Source: Candidatus Heimdallarchaeota archaeon
Lineage (GTDB): Archaea; Asgardarchaeota; Heimdallarchaeia; Heimdallarchaeales; JAJRWK01
Assembly: GCA_027061945.1 (NCBI GenBank)
Contig: JAMOVR010000296.1
Location: 1-24,000, forward strand
DNA length: 24,000 nucleotides
Direction: 5' to 3'
The position numbers and the translations under genes are program-made. Shown here piece by piece: positions 23,347 to 24,000 of this stretch. Position 1 is the first letter of the stretch, and the number at the start of each line of letters is the position of its first letter. Under the pieces are notes generated by a model. It saw only the letters and a program-made list of their open reading frames with translations, had not been told where the DNA came from and searched no databases.

Positions 23347-24000
23347 TTGGCAGAAACAATAGTCCAACTATACTTGAAACTAGTGCAGATGGTAGTAATA
23401 ACCCTCATACTTGTCCTCTTAATTTATAGAAAAAGGCAGTATAAAATAAACGCTTTGTATTGGTTGATAACAATTTTTGCTCTTGCTGAGTTGCAAGGAT
23501 TAACTGAGATTTTAATTTTCATGTACAAAGTTTACTTTTTGAAACTACCAGAACCATCATTATTCCGCTTTAATGAACTTCATTCGATTCCCTATAGCCT
23601 GGCACTTTTTGCTCTTTATTTAATGGGTGAATATATGAGTCGTCTTCGTCCAAACCCTCAAAGACTAATAACTGTTTCCAGTATGTGGGGGGCGTATTTT
23701 GGACTATTAATGTACGATTCTTTTCATGGATTTAACTGGAATTTTACTCCAGAAAACTTAGTTCTTGATTCTCCTCAATATCTACATGAGTTTAACACAT
23801 GGTTTAATGTTTACCAATTTACGATTATGGCTTTTGTAACGTTGATCTTTTGGCAGTCTTATAGGACGTCCTATAGTGAAGCTAACAAAAGGGTTTCGTT
23901 GTTAATGTTTATTGGAGTGTTAATATATACAGTAGTTGCTTTTGAGGAATTAGTAGAAAGCTTGATTAGTTTTACTGGAACTGGTTTGTTATCCTATAAA
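23347..24000 (+). CDS. Hypothetical polytopic membrane protein, 3'-truncated by the window edge (not in the ORF track)
   Basis: I translated this frame by hand. It is open from the stop at 23194-23196 through base 24000. Candidate starts are TTG 23347, GTG 23383 and ATG 23389. Several hydrophobic helices are present (MVVITLILVLLIY, LYWLITIFALAEL, YSLALFALYLMG, FTIMAFVTLIFW, LLMFIGVLIYTVVAF). Confidence 0.5.
   Translation, partial: MAETIVQLYLKLVQMVVITLILVLLIYRKRQYKINALYWLITIFALAELQGLTEILIFMYKVYFLKLPEPSLFRFNELHSIPYSLALFALYLMGEYMSRLRPNPQRLITVSSMWGAYFGLLMYDSFHGFNWNFTPENLVLDSPQYLHEFNTWFNVYQFTIMAFVTLIFWQSYRTSYSEANKRVSLLMFIGVLIYTVVAFEELVESLISFTGTGLLSYK

Noticed and set aside
1-24000. CRISPR arrays, tandem repeats, IS elements, integrases, toxin-antitoxin or defence gene cassettes
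   Set aside because: I saw no regularly spaced direct repeats. No ORF has transposase, integrase, nuclease or helicase motifs that I could recognise. The only notable repeats are those reported above.

Overview
Strongly AT-rich, gene-dense window. It looks archaeal: glutamate synthase is split into separate domain polypeptides, there is an HTH plus Zn-ribbon regulator, a KaiC/RecA-like protein, TATA-like boxes about 20-27 nt upstream of likely starts, and oligo-T tracts after genes. A low-GC Asgard/Lokiarchaeia-type genome is plausible but cannot be shown from sequence alone. Confident housekeeping calls are an MFS transporter, agmatinase, CofE (F420:glutamate ligase), a bacterial-type PlsY acyltransferase, a three-gene glutamate synthase operon, RidA and pyruvate kinase. 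I found no rRNA, tRNA, CRISPR array, transposase or integrase. The best candidate for a novel system is a tight minus-strand operon at 14736..18542. It encodes two mutually paralogous, highly divergent FtsZ/tubulin-fold proteins on either side of an orphan polytopic membrane protein. Both paralogs have eroded GTP-binding and T7 motifs and short basic-amphipathic N-termini. Other items worth a second look: a 39-nt near-perfect inverted repeat enclosing 384 bp (861..1322); two paralogous GC-rich hairpin elements, each with its own TATA-like box (1204..1290 and 19203..19282); a possible tandem longin/roadblock-like protein; a KaiC-like protein lacking Walker A and B; and a small secreted G/Q/N/H-rich protein. 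All functional calls rest on motif recognition by eye, with no database search run.
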